Source: Alphaproteobacteria bacterium
GTDB lineage: Bacteria > Pseudomonadota > Alphaproteobacteria > UBA2966
DNA length: 64,000 bases
Direction of reading: 5' to 3'
Assembly (NCBI GenBank): GCA_964291395.2
Contig: OZ219858.1
Location: 1,088,001 to 1,152,000, forward strand
This document shows positions 39,594-49,985 of the stretch, piece by piece. Position numbers and translations under genes: made by a program. Numbering within the stretch: the first letter of the stretch is position 1; every line of letters starts with the position of its first letter. The notes below the pieces were generated by a model. That model was not told the origin of the DNA. It saw only the letters and a program-made list of their open reading frames with translations, and ran no database searches.

Positions 39594-40589
39594 CTATCTT
39601 TCAGCGGCCCATGGTTGTTCAGAAGCGAGATGGCACGCGGCGAAGTGGGTCGCGCCGAGATCGACATCTGGCGGTACAGCGGCACAGATGTCGGCAGCAA
39701 ACTCGCAACGGTCGCTGTAGTGGCAACCTTGCGGCAGATCATATAGGTTGGGTGGCGGTCCTCCGGAGGTCGGTGCCTGGCCGAGTTGCGCCACGCGGCT
39801 TGGCGTGGAGTTGATGAGAGCTCGTGTATACGGATGCCGCGCGTCTTTGAAAACGGCCGCCACGGGACCTTGCTCCACCACTCGTCCAGCGAACATGACG
39901 GCCATCTTGCTGCAATAGTGGGCGACGATCCCCAGATCATGCGTGATAATGATTGCGCTCAGCCCGCGCTCTTGCACGAGATCAAGGAGCAGGTCGAGGA
40001 TTTGCGCCTGCACGGTCACGTCAAGCCCCGTCGTCGGTTCATCGGCGATAAGCAGGCGTGGGCCGTTGATCAACGCCATAGCGATCAGCACCCTTTGCGC
40101 CATGCCCCCCGATAACTCGTGGGGCCATGCGCGGCTCCTCGCTTCGGGATTCGGGATGCCCACCGTGCGCAACATCGCCACGGCGCGCCGCTCCGCTTCG
40201 GCCTCGCCAATATCTTGGTGAACCAGTTGTATACGAACGAGTTGCCGGCCGATGCGCTTGAGCGGATCAAGTGACGACACGGGCGATTGCACGATCATCG
40301 TGATCTCTTTCCCGCGCAACTGGTCGAGTTCGTCCCGTTTCATATTCGTAAGTTCGTGACCATCGAAACTCACCGATCCGTCGACAACGCGTGCCGGCGG
40401 TGACAGCAGTCCCATGATGGACATCGCGGTGAGCGACTTGCCGGCGCCGGTCTCGCCAACGAGACCCATGATCTCACCGTTCTCAAGGCTGAACGACACG
40501 CCATTCAGCCCCTTTGCTACCCTGAGCTCGTCATTGAGGTCGCGGCTGATGAAGTGAGTATGGAGGTTTTTGACCTCGAGCAGACTCAT
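39594..40589 (-). CDS. Opp/Dpp ABC ATP-binding protein (DppD type)
   Basis: GETGAGKS, LSGGMAQR, DEPTTGLDVTVQAQ, HPYTRAL. Confidence 0.92.
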   Translation of the reverse strand: MSLLEVKNLHTHFISRDLNDELRVAKGLNGVSFSLENGEIMGLVGETGAGKSLTAMSIMGLLSPPARVVDGSVSFDGHELTNMKRDELDQLRGKEITMIVQSPVSSLDPLKRIGRQLVRIQLVHQDIGEAEAERRAVAMLRTVGIPNPEARSRAWPHELSGGMAQRVLIAMALINGPRLLIADEPTTGLDVTVQAQILDLLLDLVQERGLSAIIITHDLGIVAHYCSKMAVMFAGRVVEQGPVAAVFKDARHPYTRALINSTPSRVAQLGQAPTSGGPPPNLYDLPQGCHYSDRCEFAADICAAVPPDVDLGATHFAACHLASEQPWAAER

Positions 40590-41476
40590 TCGTTTGTAGT
40601 CTTGCCTTTGGGGTCGAGGAGGTCGTGAAGCCCATCGCCCATTAGGTTGAAGCCAAGCACGATTCCGACGAGGGCAAGGCCGGGAAACAGCGCGATCCAC
40701 CATTGACCACTGATCAAAAACTCGGCGCCCTGACGGATCATCGCCCCCCATTCAGGCGCCGGAGCCTGAATACCAACACCAAGAAACGCGAGTGTCGCGC
40801 TCGCCCGCACGGCCCAAGCCATGCGAAGCGCAATCTGAGCTGTCGCACCGCTGATGGCGTTCGGCATGATGTGAACAAACAGGACCCGGCGGAGAGGATT
40901 TCCCGCCGCAACGGCAGCCTCGACATAGCCGCCCGAGCGAAGCGCAAGCACTTCGGCTCGCACGACTCGGGCGAAGATCGGCGCCTCAACGAGTCCAAGG
41001 ACAACGATCACATTGAGGAGCGTCTGGCCGGTCGCGGCGACGACCGCAAGGGCCAAGATAATGGCGGGAAACGAGCGCATGACGTCGAGAATGCGCAGGA
41101 GAATCTCGTCGAGGATGCCGCCCTTGTACCCGGCGATCAGACCCAACGGTACGCCGATCGCGATCATCAGCATGACAGCGGGAATTGCTATCCCAAACGC
41201 AAAGCGCGAGCCATAGATCACGCGCGACAATACGTCCATTCCGTTGCCATCAGTGCCGAACAGGAAATTCCCGCTGGGTGGCTCAAGGACGTCAAAAGGA
41301 AACGCCTTGATCGGATCAAACGGTGTCAGGACCGGCGCAAAGACAGCGAGCATGGCGAAGAAAATGACGATCGCAAAGCCAGCAGCGAACGTCGGGCTCC
41401 GCCGGGCAATGCCCCGCGGACGGTACAGCCACGGCATCCGCGTCCGCCAAGGCTGAGCTAGCGTATCGGCCATCAT
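40586..41476 (-). CDS. Opp/Dpp ABC permease (DppC type)
   Basis: FGTDGNGMDVLSRVIYG, YVEAA, P.PEWGAMI, FNLMGDGL.DLLDP. Confidence 0.92.
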   Translation of the reverse strand: MMADTLAQPWRTRMPWLYRPRGIARRSPTFAAGFAIVIFFAMLAVFAPVLTPFDPIKAFPFDVLEPPSGNFLFGTDGNGMDVLSRVIYGSRFAFGIAIPAVMLMIAIGVPLGLIAGYKGGILDEILLRILDVMRSFPAIILALAVVAATGQTLLNVIVVLGLVEAPIFARVVRAEVLALRSGGYVEAAVAAGNPLRRVLFVHIMPNAISGATAQIALRMAWAVRASATLAFLGVGIQAPAPEWGAMIRQGAEFLISGQWWIALFPGLALVGIVLGFNLMGDGLHDLLDPKGKTTNE

Positions 41477-42489
41477 TGCCGGAGCGCCGCTCGTGGCTCG
41501 AAAAGCAACACAATGAGATCAACGAAGAGGAAAACAAATGCGGAAAAGGACGCCAGGACCAGCACATAGCCCTGCACGGCGGCAAAGTCTCCGAACAGGA
41601 TTGCGTTGAGGCCCCACTGGCCGAGGCCACCCCAGGCGAATATCAGCTCGATCAGAGAGACGGCCAGGAGCATTGTGGCGACCTCCGAACCAATGAACGT
41701 CACCACGGGGACGAAGCTTGCACGCATCGCAATCCGGCGCACCAGGCGCGGGCCGTACCCGCAGGCACGCGCATAGCGGATGAAATCGCTTCCCATGGCC
41801 TCAAGCGCGATGGCTCGGGTCTGCTTAATTATCGGTGCCGACACGATTATGGCGAAAACGATTACCGGCAGCATGAGCCGATGCGCCGCGGACAGGGCGG
41901 CATCCCACCGCCCCGTGATCAACGCGTCGATGAGATAGCTGCCCGTAATGTCAGGCGGGGGAAAGACTTCCATGCCGATTCGGCCCAGCGGCGCGGCGGC
42001 CCACCGCAAAAGGTAAAAGAAGACAAACGTGGCTACCAGGGCAAACCAATAAGTCGGGATTGAGAAGCCGACCAGCGACCCAAAACGCGAGACCTGATCG
42101 AACAGACGATTAGGCCGGTACGCCGCATAGAGACCGACAGGGATCCCAACGATCGTCCCAACGAGGATGGCGAGCACAAGTAGCTCAAGGCTCGCGGGAA
42201 GACGCAAAAGGATTTCGTCGAGGACGGGCTCGTTGGACTGCCAGGACTTCCCCAAATCGCCCTGCAGGAGATTGCCCATGTAGACCAGGAACTGCTCGAA
42301 GATTGGCCGGTCAAGACCCAAACTGCGTCTGATCTCCGCAATCTCCGATTCGTTCGCCATTGGGCCCGCCAGCATTCCGACGGCATCTTGGCCACCAATG
42401 CGCACCAGCATGAACGTCACGAAGATGATCCCGAACAGCAACGGGATCATGAGCAGCAAACGGCGCACGAGGAATCGATAGGGGCTCAT
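41473..42489 (-). CDS. Opp/Dpp ABC permease (DppB type)
   Basis: LGLDRP, QGDLGKS, RLPASLEL, DFIRYARA.G, IELIFAWGGLG. Confidence 0.92.
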   Translation of the reverse strand: MSPYRFLVRRLLLMIPLLFGIIFVTFMLVRIGGQDAVGMLAGPMANESEIAEIRRSLGLDRPIFEQFLVYMGNLLQGDLGKSWQSNEPVLDEILLRLPASLELLVLAILVGTIVGIPVGLYAAYRPNRLFDQVSRFGSLVGFSIPTYWFALVATFVFFYLLRWAAAPLGRIGMEVFPPPDITGSYLIDALITGRWDAALSAAHRLMLPVIVFAIIVSAPIIKQTRAIALEAMGSDFIRYARACGYGPRLVRRIAMRASFVPVVTFIGSEVATMLLAVSLIELIFAWGGLGQWGLNAILFGDFAAVQGYVLVLASFSAFVFLFVDLIVLLFEPRAALRQ

Positions 42490-42565
42490 GTGGTGCTAGG
42501 TGGCTTTGCAGCCGAACATCGGCAGGTGAAAGCGATGGTCTGTGAGTCGGGAAGCCGAAGGTTGT

Positions 42566-42604
42566 GGCGTCAATCGGATAGAGGTCGACCATCCGATTGA
42601 CGCC
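42566..42604. terminator. 14-bp hairpin between the substrate-binding and permease genes
   Basis: GGCGTCAATCGGAT-N11-ATCCGATTGACGCC. Confidence 0.55.
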
Positions 42605-42694
42605 CAGTTCTCGTCGGTGTCGCGTATCGATACAAGGAGGTCTCACCGACAAAGAACGGCGCACACGGCATAGCGCCGCGCGCGCAACTCCTGC

Positions 42695-44311
42695 TTATCC
42701 CTCGCACTTCAGGTCGCGCCAATAGGTGTATGGCACGGGGCGGAATACCCAGCCGGAAATGCACGGCGCCATCACCGCATGAACCCCGGGGAAGAACGTG
42801 GCGATCATCGTTGCGTCGTCCGCGATCATCTTTTGCGCCTTCGCGATCATCTCGAGCCACTTCTCGTCATCCTGCTCGACGACGATCGCATCGATGAGCG
42901 CGTCCAACTCCTCGGTGATGTAGGCATTCACGTTGTTCGACCCTTTGGAATGGGCGCTGAGAAGGAACGCGTACCCCGGATCCAACACGAATGGCGTGGT
43001 CAAATACGTGAAGAAAGGCAGCGTGCGCTCTCCCGGTCCGCGTCGAGTCAACATGTCCGTCGCGGGAATACGCTTGAGGTTGAGAGTGATTCCAGCCGCC
43101 GCCACCGAGTCCTTGACTTGGACGGCCAGCGCTTCTTCCCACCACCAAAAACTGGAATATTCCAAAGTCAGTTCGAGCCCATCCGAATAACCGGCTTCGG
43201 CCAAGAGCTGCTTCGCTTTGGCGATGTCGTGTTCGTACATGTAGACTTCTTTGTGCCCCGGCAACAGTGGGGGCAGGAACGACCGAGAACGCGTACCCAA
43301 CCCGAGGAAGACTGCCTCGTTGATGGCGTCAAAGTCCGTCGCATGGATCAAGGCTTTACGCACACGAATGTCATTGAATGGCTCGTAATTTGCGTTGATC
43401 GGCAGGATGGCAGGTCCGGTTCCTGAAACGGATTCGACCTTGACGTTCGGATCATCCATAAGCTCCCGAACCTGCTGAATCGGAATCTGTTCAGCCCACT
43501 GGACTTCACCGCTCTTGATGAGTGTTGTCCGTGCCGCTGCGGACGGCACCTCGCGGAACACCACCCGCGTGAAATACGGCTGCTCGAAGATATAGTTGGG
43601 GTTGGCGATGAACACCGCACCTTCGCCCGCGCGCAGGGATTCCATGTGGTAGGCGCCGAAGCCGGCGGTATTCTTTGAGATCCACTCCAAGGCCCACGGA
43701 TCGTCGTCGGTGATGTGCTTCTTCACCTCCGTGGAGTCGTATGTGCTCGGCGAATACAGCGTCAGCACCTTGAGGAAAATACGGTTTGCCGCCGAAAGAT
43801 TGAAGCGAACGCGGTACTTGTCGACAGCTTCGACGCTCTCGACGCTCGCGACGGTTCTGAGAAAACGTCCGGTCCGCTTCTGAGGTACCGACTTCTCCCA
43901 ACCCCAAACGACGTCCGCCGACGTCATTTCATTTCCATATACACTCCGAACACCTTCGCGCAGCTTGAACTCGTAGACTTTGCCGTCGTCAGACACGGTC
44001 CAACTTTCGGCGAGATGCGGCAGAATGACATTGGCATCGACAAACTCCCGACCGTTTTCGTCGGTCGTCCGGCCGTAGCGTGTCAAGCCCTCGTAAACGT
44101 TGACAATACTCTCAATCATCCCAGGGACCCAGAAATCTGGGTCAAGGCCCTTGGGGGTGGTGACTGCTGCGACGACCAACGTCTTGCCTTGCGCGTGCAG
44201 CGTTTCGACGGGGCGCAACAGGAAAACGAGCCCGACAGAGACAAATGCGATGGACAGAACACGCCCGCTGCGCAGAGCTGCCCTCATTATCGAACCGTTC
44301 ATGATTTCCAC
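42695..44311 (-). CDS. Family-5 (Opp/Dpp) ABC substrate-binding protein
   Basis: LDP, VYEGL, PHLAESWTVSDDGKVYEFKLREGV, PFNDIRVRKAL, AKQLLAEAGY. Confidence 0.92.
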   Translation of the reverse strand: MEIMNGSIMRAALRSGRVLSIAFVSVGLVFLLRPVETLHAQGKTLVVAAVTTPKGLDPDFWVPGMIESIVNVYEGLTRYGRTTDENGREFVDANVILPHLAESWTVSDDGKVYEFKLREGVRSVYGNEMTSADVVWGWEKSVPQKRTGRFLRTVASVESVEAVDKYRVRFNLSAANRIFLKVLTLYSPSTYDSTEVKKHITDDDPWALEWISKNTAGFGAYHMESLRAGEGAVFIANPNYIFEQPYFTRVVFREVPSAAARTTLIKSGEVQWAEQIPIQQVRELMDDPNVKVESVSGTGPAILPINANYEPFNDIRVRKALIHATDFDAINEAVFLGLGTRSRSFLPPLLPGHKEVYMYEHDIAKAKQLLAEAGYSDGLELTLEYSSFWWWEEALAVQVKDSVAAAGITLNLKRIPATDMLTRRGPGERTLPFFTYLTTPFVLDPGYAFLLSAHSKGSNNVNAYITEELDALIDAIVVEQDDEKWLEMIAKAQKMIADDATMIATFFPGVHAVMAPCISGWVFRPVPYTYWRDLKCEG

Positions 44312-44459
44312 TCCTTGGTTGTATGGCTTATAGGCAGGTACAACACGGGAGCCTACACGCGAAAAGTATCATATCATCAGGTGGCCCGCTAATAATCTGG
44401 TCGCACAGGGAGTCTCAGTCATCGTTCAGAGCATATTGTCGAAACCGATACCGCCGAGA

Positions 44460-44637
44460 TGAAGAAATCCGGATCGAAACAGACTACGTCATCGCTGGCT
44501 TCGGGTCCGCGGGATGTGTCCCCGCCAACCGTTCTTCAGCCCACGCGGACTCCAAAGTGGTTCGACTGGAGAGCGGCAGCACCAACGCTCCGACACTGAT
44601 GATTGCAGAGAAATCAGCGGAAATGGTTCGAGCATGA
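44460..44637 (+). pseudogene. GMC oxidoreductase reduced to fused N- and C-termini
   Basis: ETDYVIAGFGSAGCV.ANR.S....KVV.LESG joined directly to STNAPTLMIAEKSAEMVRA*. Confidence 0.8.
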
Positions 44638-45314
44638 CACAGATCAGCTCAAAGGATGCCGATCCTCGTGACATCGATCTCGGCAAAACGCTGGTGCTGT
44701 TGACATATACACTTCCTCCCGACGCGAGACGACGGGGATACAACGAGTGGCTCCGGCAGGTCGACAACCCCTTTTTCAACTCGATCGTCGGGATCGAGCA
44801 CTACTCGAACTGGGAGATCCTTGAAAGCGATCGCGTGTCCCTCCCGTTCTCCCACTTTGATCTTTTGTTCGTGGATGGACCGGACTCCTTGGAGGGCGTT
44901 TGGTTTAATCAAGAACTCGAAGTCTTTCGACGGGAGTGGATGGAGAAATGGGGATACGGCGGAAACGAAACCCCTCCCGCCAACGCGGTTGCTTATCTGG
45001 CATCCGGGCCGGCGGCGGGCGAGGTATCTGTTGGCCAACTGCGCCGCTTTTCCGCCCACTGCAACAAGGTCGCGGATGGCCGTTCCTCACGCGATCTCTG
45101 GCTCGTGAGCCACCTGGTGGTCAAGCATTGGGCCAAAGAAAGCGACGGCCCCTGGCGGTACCCCGTGCGCGAGTCGGCCGCTTCCTGGCTGAGCGCATTC
45201 GCCACTGAACCCGCCGACTCGCAGGTTCTGGGAGAGGCCCCGCATGACGTCGATGTCGTCTCATGCATTGCGCGGTGCATCGCCGCACCCTCGTCGGACC
45301 CGCCCGCGCGGTGA
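44634..45314 (+). CDS. Hypothetical protein, possibly dimeric alpha-beta barrel (EthD/HapK-like)
   Basis: ATGA overlap with the GMC remnant; YTL...YNEWLR.VD.PFFN pattern. Confidence 0.6.
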   Translation: MTQISSKDADPRDIDLGKTLVLLTYTLPPDARRRGYNEWLRQVDNPFFNSIVGIEHYSNWEILESDRVSLPFSHFDLLFVDGPDSLEGVWFNQELEVFRREWMEKWGYGGNETPPANAVAYLASGPAAGEVSVGQLRRFSAHCNKVADGRSSRDLWLVSHLVVKHWAKESDGPWRYPVRESAASWLSAFATEPADSQVLGEAPHDVDVVSCIARCIAAPSSDPPAR

Positions 45315-45355
45315 AGAACGCCGAGATGGCGCTAGGTCATTGTGGGCGACTTGAG

Positions 45356-45510
45356 ACACAGGTGACGTTTTGTGTCGGACACATGGGTAACACTTGTGGC
45401 CATTTGGCCGGAGGTGTTGACGCCGTGGAAATGGAGTTCGGTGACGGAAGAACGTCCAAGATTGCTAGCCCGCTTGCTTGACGGCGAGGGAATGAGCGCC
45501 GTATGCCGGA
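45356..45510 (+). mobile_element. IS481-family left-end remnant
   Basis: GGACACATGGGTAACAC repeat region, then (T)PWKWSSVTEERPRLLARLLDGEGMSAVCR, a typical IS481 transposase N-terminus. Confidence 0.7.
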
Positions 45511-45649
45511 CATCGTGCAATCCCGCTTCCGCCCGTATGCTCCGCCAGGGGACGAGGCATGGTGTGCATGTCCCCGGCGCGGAGCAGGGTGACTAGGTTT
45601 TCGCCGGCCATCAGCAGCTGCATGGCTTCGACGATGAACAAGAGGCGGC

Positions 45650-45902
45650 TCGGCACGCGCCAGCCTCGACGACGTGCGCATCTGCGACCTTCGGCATCTC
45701 CTTCGCCTCGAGCGCGGTGGGGTTCGGTCAGAGCCTACCCATGATCGGCAAACTCGGCCACACCCAGGCCCGGACCACGGCTCGTTATGTCCACCTCGCG
45801 ACCGACCCGATGCAGGCGGCGGAGCAGGTGATATCGAATATCGCCTCCATTCTCTATGGCAGACTATTGCAAAGCCAAGACGCCGACGCTGAATTGGCAT
45901 GA
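45650..45902 (+). pseudogene. Tyrosine integrase C-terminal remnant
   Basis: LDDVRICDLRH/SFAS, GQSLPMIGKLGHTQARTTARYVHL, with a frameshift. Confidence 0.8.
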
Positions 45903-45968
45903 AAATCATCGGATGAGGTTGTCGGCGTGCCCGCACTCGGCCCTGCCGGTTGATATCGCGCCAAACAC

Positions 45969-47546
45969 CTACCGCCAGCCGAGGTTACCCGGATTGAGGA
46001 TGCCGCCAGGATCCAACTGCCCTTTGATGGTCGTCAGCAGATCGTAGGTTTCGGGCTCCAACGCGCCACGGAAGTCGTAGTACTTGCCGATTTGCGCTGA
46101 CACCGCACCCAGGTCGAAGAACAGGTCTCTGAGTTCGCCTCGTAGCTGCGTAACAACGGCGCGCGCATGCGGATTGGCCTCGATCTGGGCGAAGCGCGAA
46201 TATTTCGCTTCGTCCAGGTATCGGGCGTAGAAGTCGCCGACATCGTCAAACCAGTAGAACATCGGTTCAAGAAGCCAGAAGGGACCGTTGATCGCCGTCA
46301 GGTAGGAATGCGCAACGTCGCTCTCGCTCATCAGGCCGGCGTGCTCGGCGAAGAACGCCTGTACGCGCTCGACAACCTCCTGAGTGCGAGACAGAGGAAA
46401 TATGCCATGGACGGGAACCCATCGCTCACCCTGCAGACCGAGGAAGCCACGGATCGAAAACGGCCGCGCCCGCAGAGCGACGGGAAGGCTTGGCTCGAGG
46501 GGACGGCCACCGTGACCGGCGCAGATCGCTGATAGGACCCCCGTGGCACGGTCTGCGGTCTCCTGATCGAAACCCTCGGCCGTCAGGTGCAGAGACCATT
46601 GCGCGTCTTCGTAGGTGCCTCGGCCGGCCGCAACCATCCCGGCTGCATCCTTGAGGCCGCGCACGATCGAGCTGCGGCTGCGGACAACGTCGCGCACAGT
46701 TGGCGCTATCTCGCCCAAATCGACTTTTGTCGCCGTCCTCGTTTTGAGGGGGTCCATGCCTAAGCTTTTCGCCGCGAGGCCGGTTCGCGCGACATCGGCC
46801 ATCGCCGCCGCCATCGTGGCGAGGTTTTCGAAGGCGTAGGAAGCGAAAGCGACACCCGCCGGGATCCGCTCAATTCGCAACGTGAGCCGCGTCTTGACGC
46901 CGAGGGCTCCCGTATCGCCAAGAAAGAGGCCGGTCAAGTCGGGACCAAAATGACGATAAAAGGGTGATTGGGCCCGCCGAATCGCCGACGATCCGGTGCG
47001 GACGATGCGGCCATCGGAGAGCACCACCTCAAGACCAACAATCGACTCCATGCTGCCAGGCACGTTCTGGGACGCCGCGCCGCCTACGGTCGAAAACGCA
47101 CCAGAAATTGGCCCCGCCATTGCAGTCCGCAACCCACGCGGCCGAAGGGCGTCCATGATCTGCTGCCATGAAACTGCGCAGCCTACCGTCACATAGAGGT
47201 CGGCTTCGTTGATTTCCTCAATCTCGTTCAGGTGCCCAAGGTCGATCAGAATGGTGCCAGGCTTTTCCGGCACATATCCTTGCGTGTAGGAAAGGCCGCC
47301 GCCCCTCGGCGCAACCGCCAGCCCATGACGGCCGGCCAGTTTGAGGATAGCGGAGATTTGGGATGCGTCCGCGGGACGAACCGCAAACTCGATCAGAGGC
47401 GCATCCTCCCATTGGAAAACATCGCGGGAATAAAACTCCCGCTCTTTTGCTTCCCGGATGACATTTTGGTTCCCGACGATCGCGGCAAAGTCTTCGGCGA
47501 GTTCGTCGTGGCCGCCTTTTGCAGAAGTTTCGGCCGATTCCGTCAC
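45969..47546 (-). CDS. FAD-binding PCMH-type oxidoreductase (GlcD/D-lactate dehydrogenase-like)
   Basis: PRGGGLSY, STVGG, GPDLTGLFLGDTGALG, LDPGGILNPGNL. Confidence 0.88.
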   Translation of the reverse strand: MTESAETSAKGGHDELAEDFAAIVGNQNVIREAKEREFYSRDVFQWEDAPLIEFAVRPADASQISAILKLAGRHGLAVAPRGGGLSYTQGYVPEKPGTILIDLGHLNEIEEINEADLYVTVGCAVSWQQIMDALRPRGLRTAMAGPISGAFSTVGGAASQNVPGSMESIVGLEVVLSDGRIVRTGSSAIRRAQSPFYRHFGPDLTGLFLGDTGALGVKTRLTLRIERIPAGVAFASYAFENLATMAAAMADVARTGLAAKSLGMDPLKTRTATKVDLGEIAPTVRDVVRSRSSIVRGLKDAAGMVAAGRGTYEDAQWSLHLTAEGFDQETADRATGVLSAICAGHGGRPLEPSLPVALRARPFSIRGFLGLQGERWVPVHGIFPLSRTQEVVERVQAFFAEHAGLMSESDVAHSYLTAINGPFWLLEPMFYWFDDVGDFYARYLDEAKYSRFAQIEANPHARAVVTQLRGELRDLFFDLGAVSAQIGKYYDFRGALEPETYDLLTTIKGQLDPGGILNPGNLGWR

Positions 47547-49120
47547 GGGTCATAATTTCCGCGATTCACGGAGTCGCGGAGTTCGCGATGCAGGATCTTG
47601 CCGCTCGCGTTTTTCGGCAGGGCATCAACAAAGTTGAACTCTTTTGGAAGTTTGTAACGCGAGAGCGCCCTTGCGCACCTCTCCTTCAATGCGTCGGCGG
47701 TGACCGATTGGCCAGGCGCTAGCACTACGAACGCCGTGACCGCCTCTCCCCAATAGTCGTCATTCTTGCCGACCACAGCCGCCTCGCTAACCGCGGGGTC
47801 GCGGTAGAGAACCTCTTCAATCTCGCGCGGAAAGATGTTCTGCCCACCGGAAATGATGACGTTATTCTTGCGGTCAATTAGATAAAGGTACCCTTCGTCG
47901 TCGAGGCGGCCGAGATCACCGACCGAACACCAGCCATCGACGATGGCTTCGGAGGTCGCTTCGGGCTTGTTCCAGTAACCGTTGAAAAGCCAACTGTTCC
48001 GGATCCATATCTCGCCCGTTTCACCCGGCGCCACCGGCTTGCGCGCGTCGTCGCGGACTTCGAGCCAAACCCCGGGGCTCGGCTGTCCGACACAACTTAT
48101 CTTCCTCAGCTGATCCTCCGGTCGAAGGAATGTACAGCCGCCGCACTCTGTCGATCCATAGGTCTCGAACAACACGTCGTCACCGAAGAAATCGACGATT
48201 TGTTCTTTGGTCGCTTGTGGCAGCGGCGCGGCATTCGAATGGATCGCCTTGAGCGAGCTGACATCGAAACCGCCGAGTTGCGTCTCCGGCATGTTGAAGA
48301 TTGCGTGAAAGTGTGTCGGCACCATGAACATGCTTGTGATGCGACGGTCGTGAACCGCGCGGAGCAAGAGCTCCGGTTCGAACTTTGGGAGGATGTGAGT
48401 CGTGCCGCCAAAGAACGTACCGGCCAGTCCGTTGATGAACCCGGCCCCATTGTGAAACGGCGACGTCGCAAGCGGTCGCGCTTCCGGCGTGTAGCAACCC
48501 AGATTCCCCGCCATCGCGAAAAGCATGTGATTGACCCGCGATCGGTGTGACAACAAAACGCCTTTCGGCTTGCCGGTCGTTCCCGACGTGTAGGGTATTG
48601 AAAATACGTCCCATTCTTCGACGCGAACGTCGGGCGGCGTGGCCGCCGCGCGGGACAGCAATCGTTCGTATTCGCTGGCCTCGTTGCCGGGGTCGACGAC
48701 CACGATTTTCTCAACGGTGTCGAGGTCTGCAGCCCGCGCCGTCTCCTCGGCGCTCTGGTGGACGAACAGCACGCGCGCGCCACTGTCGTTACAGATATAA
48801 GCCGTTTCCGATGCGGTCGATCGCGCACTGATCATTGCCGGAGCGACACCGATTTCAGACAGACCACAAGTGATCTCAATGAACTCGATACAATTTGGGC
48901 ACATGAGCGCGACGTGATCGCCCGCCGAGAGTCCGAGGCCCACGCCCAGATTCGACACCCGGTTGACCCTGTCGATCAGCTGCGCATGAGTGATATCCCG
49001 ATACTCGGATGTGTAGGCGAGCTTGGATGGCGTGCGCTGCGCGCTCGTGCGCAGCCCTTCGCTGATCGAAACAGGCCTGAAGGACAGCGGTCTCTGGGGC
49101 GCGGAGACGGCAATCGTCAT
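47543..49120 (-). CDS. AMP-dependent acyl-CoA synthetase/ligase
   Basis: YTSGTTGKPKG, ETYGSTE, GDLGRLD, IISGGQNIFPREIE, LPKNASGKI. Confidence 0.93.
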   Translation of the reverse strand: MTIAVSAPQRPLSFRPVSISEGLRTSAQRTPSKLAYTSEYRDITHAQLIDRVNRVSNLGVGLGLSAGDHVALMCPNCIEFIEITCGLSEIGVAPAMISARSTASETAYICNDSGARVLFVHQSAEETARAADLDTVEKIVVVDPGNEASEYERLLSRAAATPPDVRVEEWDVFSIPYTSGTTGKPKGVLLSHRSRVNHMLFAMAGNLGCYTPEARPLATSPFHNGAGFINGLAGTFFGGTTHILPKFEPELLLRAVHDRRITSMFMVPTHFHAIFNMPETQLGGFDVSSLKAIHSNAAPLPQATKEQIVDFFGDDVLFETYGSTECGGCTFLRPEDQLRKISCVGQPSPGVWLEVRDDARKPVAPGETGEIWIRNSWLFNGYWNKPEATSEAIVDGWCSVGDLGRLDDEGYLYLIDRKNNVIISGGQNIFPREIEEVLYRDPAVSEAAVVGKNDDYWGEAVTAFVVLAPGQSVTADALKERCARALSRYKLPKEFNFVDALPKNASGKILHRELRDSVNRGNYDP

Positions 49121-49132
49121 GTTGGCGCGACC

Positions 49133-49978
49133 TTAGTATCGCGGCAGCGCTGCGAGTGGGGTCGCGCCGCATGCTGCAAGCTCCGGCGGCAGGACCGGTT
49201 TATGTTCGGGCTGGTAAGTGTGTGGCACTGGCGCATCGAGCTCCGTTGTCAACGGTCCGCCCACGCTCCGAAGGAGGATCAAGGCGCCCGTCGGGCTGCC
49301 GTAAGGTCCGTGCGTCACCATTGGCGGTCGCCAGCAATAGGCGCCCGCCTGCATGATGCCGCAGTTCCCGGCCAACGTTCCACCCAGAACGTAGAACTCC
49401 TGCACGACCGGATGACGTTCCGGTGGGGCGATCGGCTTGAATGGCACGACACCCGCAAGATAGGAGATATCACCGCCCACCGGGTCGGTGAACAACGACA
49501 ACAGCCGTGAAGTCGATGAGATCTCCGTCAAACCCATGGCGTCGACATCGGCGTTGCCCCAATCGCCCTCCGCGGCCGAAACTTTCGTAACAAGCCGGTC
49601 CTCGCGAAAACCAGGTCCCTGTCGCAAGGACCTATCCACCGGCCCGTCGAAAAACGTCAGCGCGACAGCCCCGTCTGGTGCCGCGGCGCATTCGCGTTCG
49701 AACCCGGCCGGCAAATGGGCATAGGTGTCCGGCCCGTATTCAATCGCGTTGATCGTCAGCGCGCCGTCGAGGACATAGAACTCCTCATCCGTGGTCAAGG
49801 ACTCTGGCGCGTCGCGCGTCCATCCTGCGGGGTACCGAACAATACACGTCGCCGCACCGGTGTCTCGGTCGATACTGAGGGTTTTGGTTTCGACATCGAG
49901 GCGGGCGGAGCCGCCAGCGACCCCGTTTTGCCACGGGAGCGCCTGCGCTTGAACGAATTCGATATGGTGACGCCCCAT
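49133..49978 (-). CDS. Tandem cupin protein (DUF4437-like)
   Basis: HIEFVQAQ.LPW, KTLS.D..TGA, EEFYVLDG, ERHPVVQEFYVL, YCWRPP...HGPYG. Confidence 0.78.
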   Translation of the reverse strand: MGRHHIEFVQAQALPWQNGVAGGSARLDVETKTLSIDRDTGAATCIVRYPAGWTRDAPESLTTDEEFYVLDGALTINAIEYGPDTYAHLPAGFERECAAAPDGAVALTFFDGPVDRSLRQGPGFREDRLVTKVSAAEGDWGNADVDAMGLTEISSTSRLLSLFTDPVGGDISYLAGVVPFKPIAPPERHPVVQEFYVLGGTLAGNCGIMQAGAYCWRPPMVTHGPYGSPTGALILLRSVGGPLTTELDAPVPHTYQPEHKPVLPPELAACGATPLAALPRY

Positions 49979-49985
49979 CGCGACC

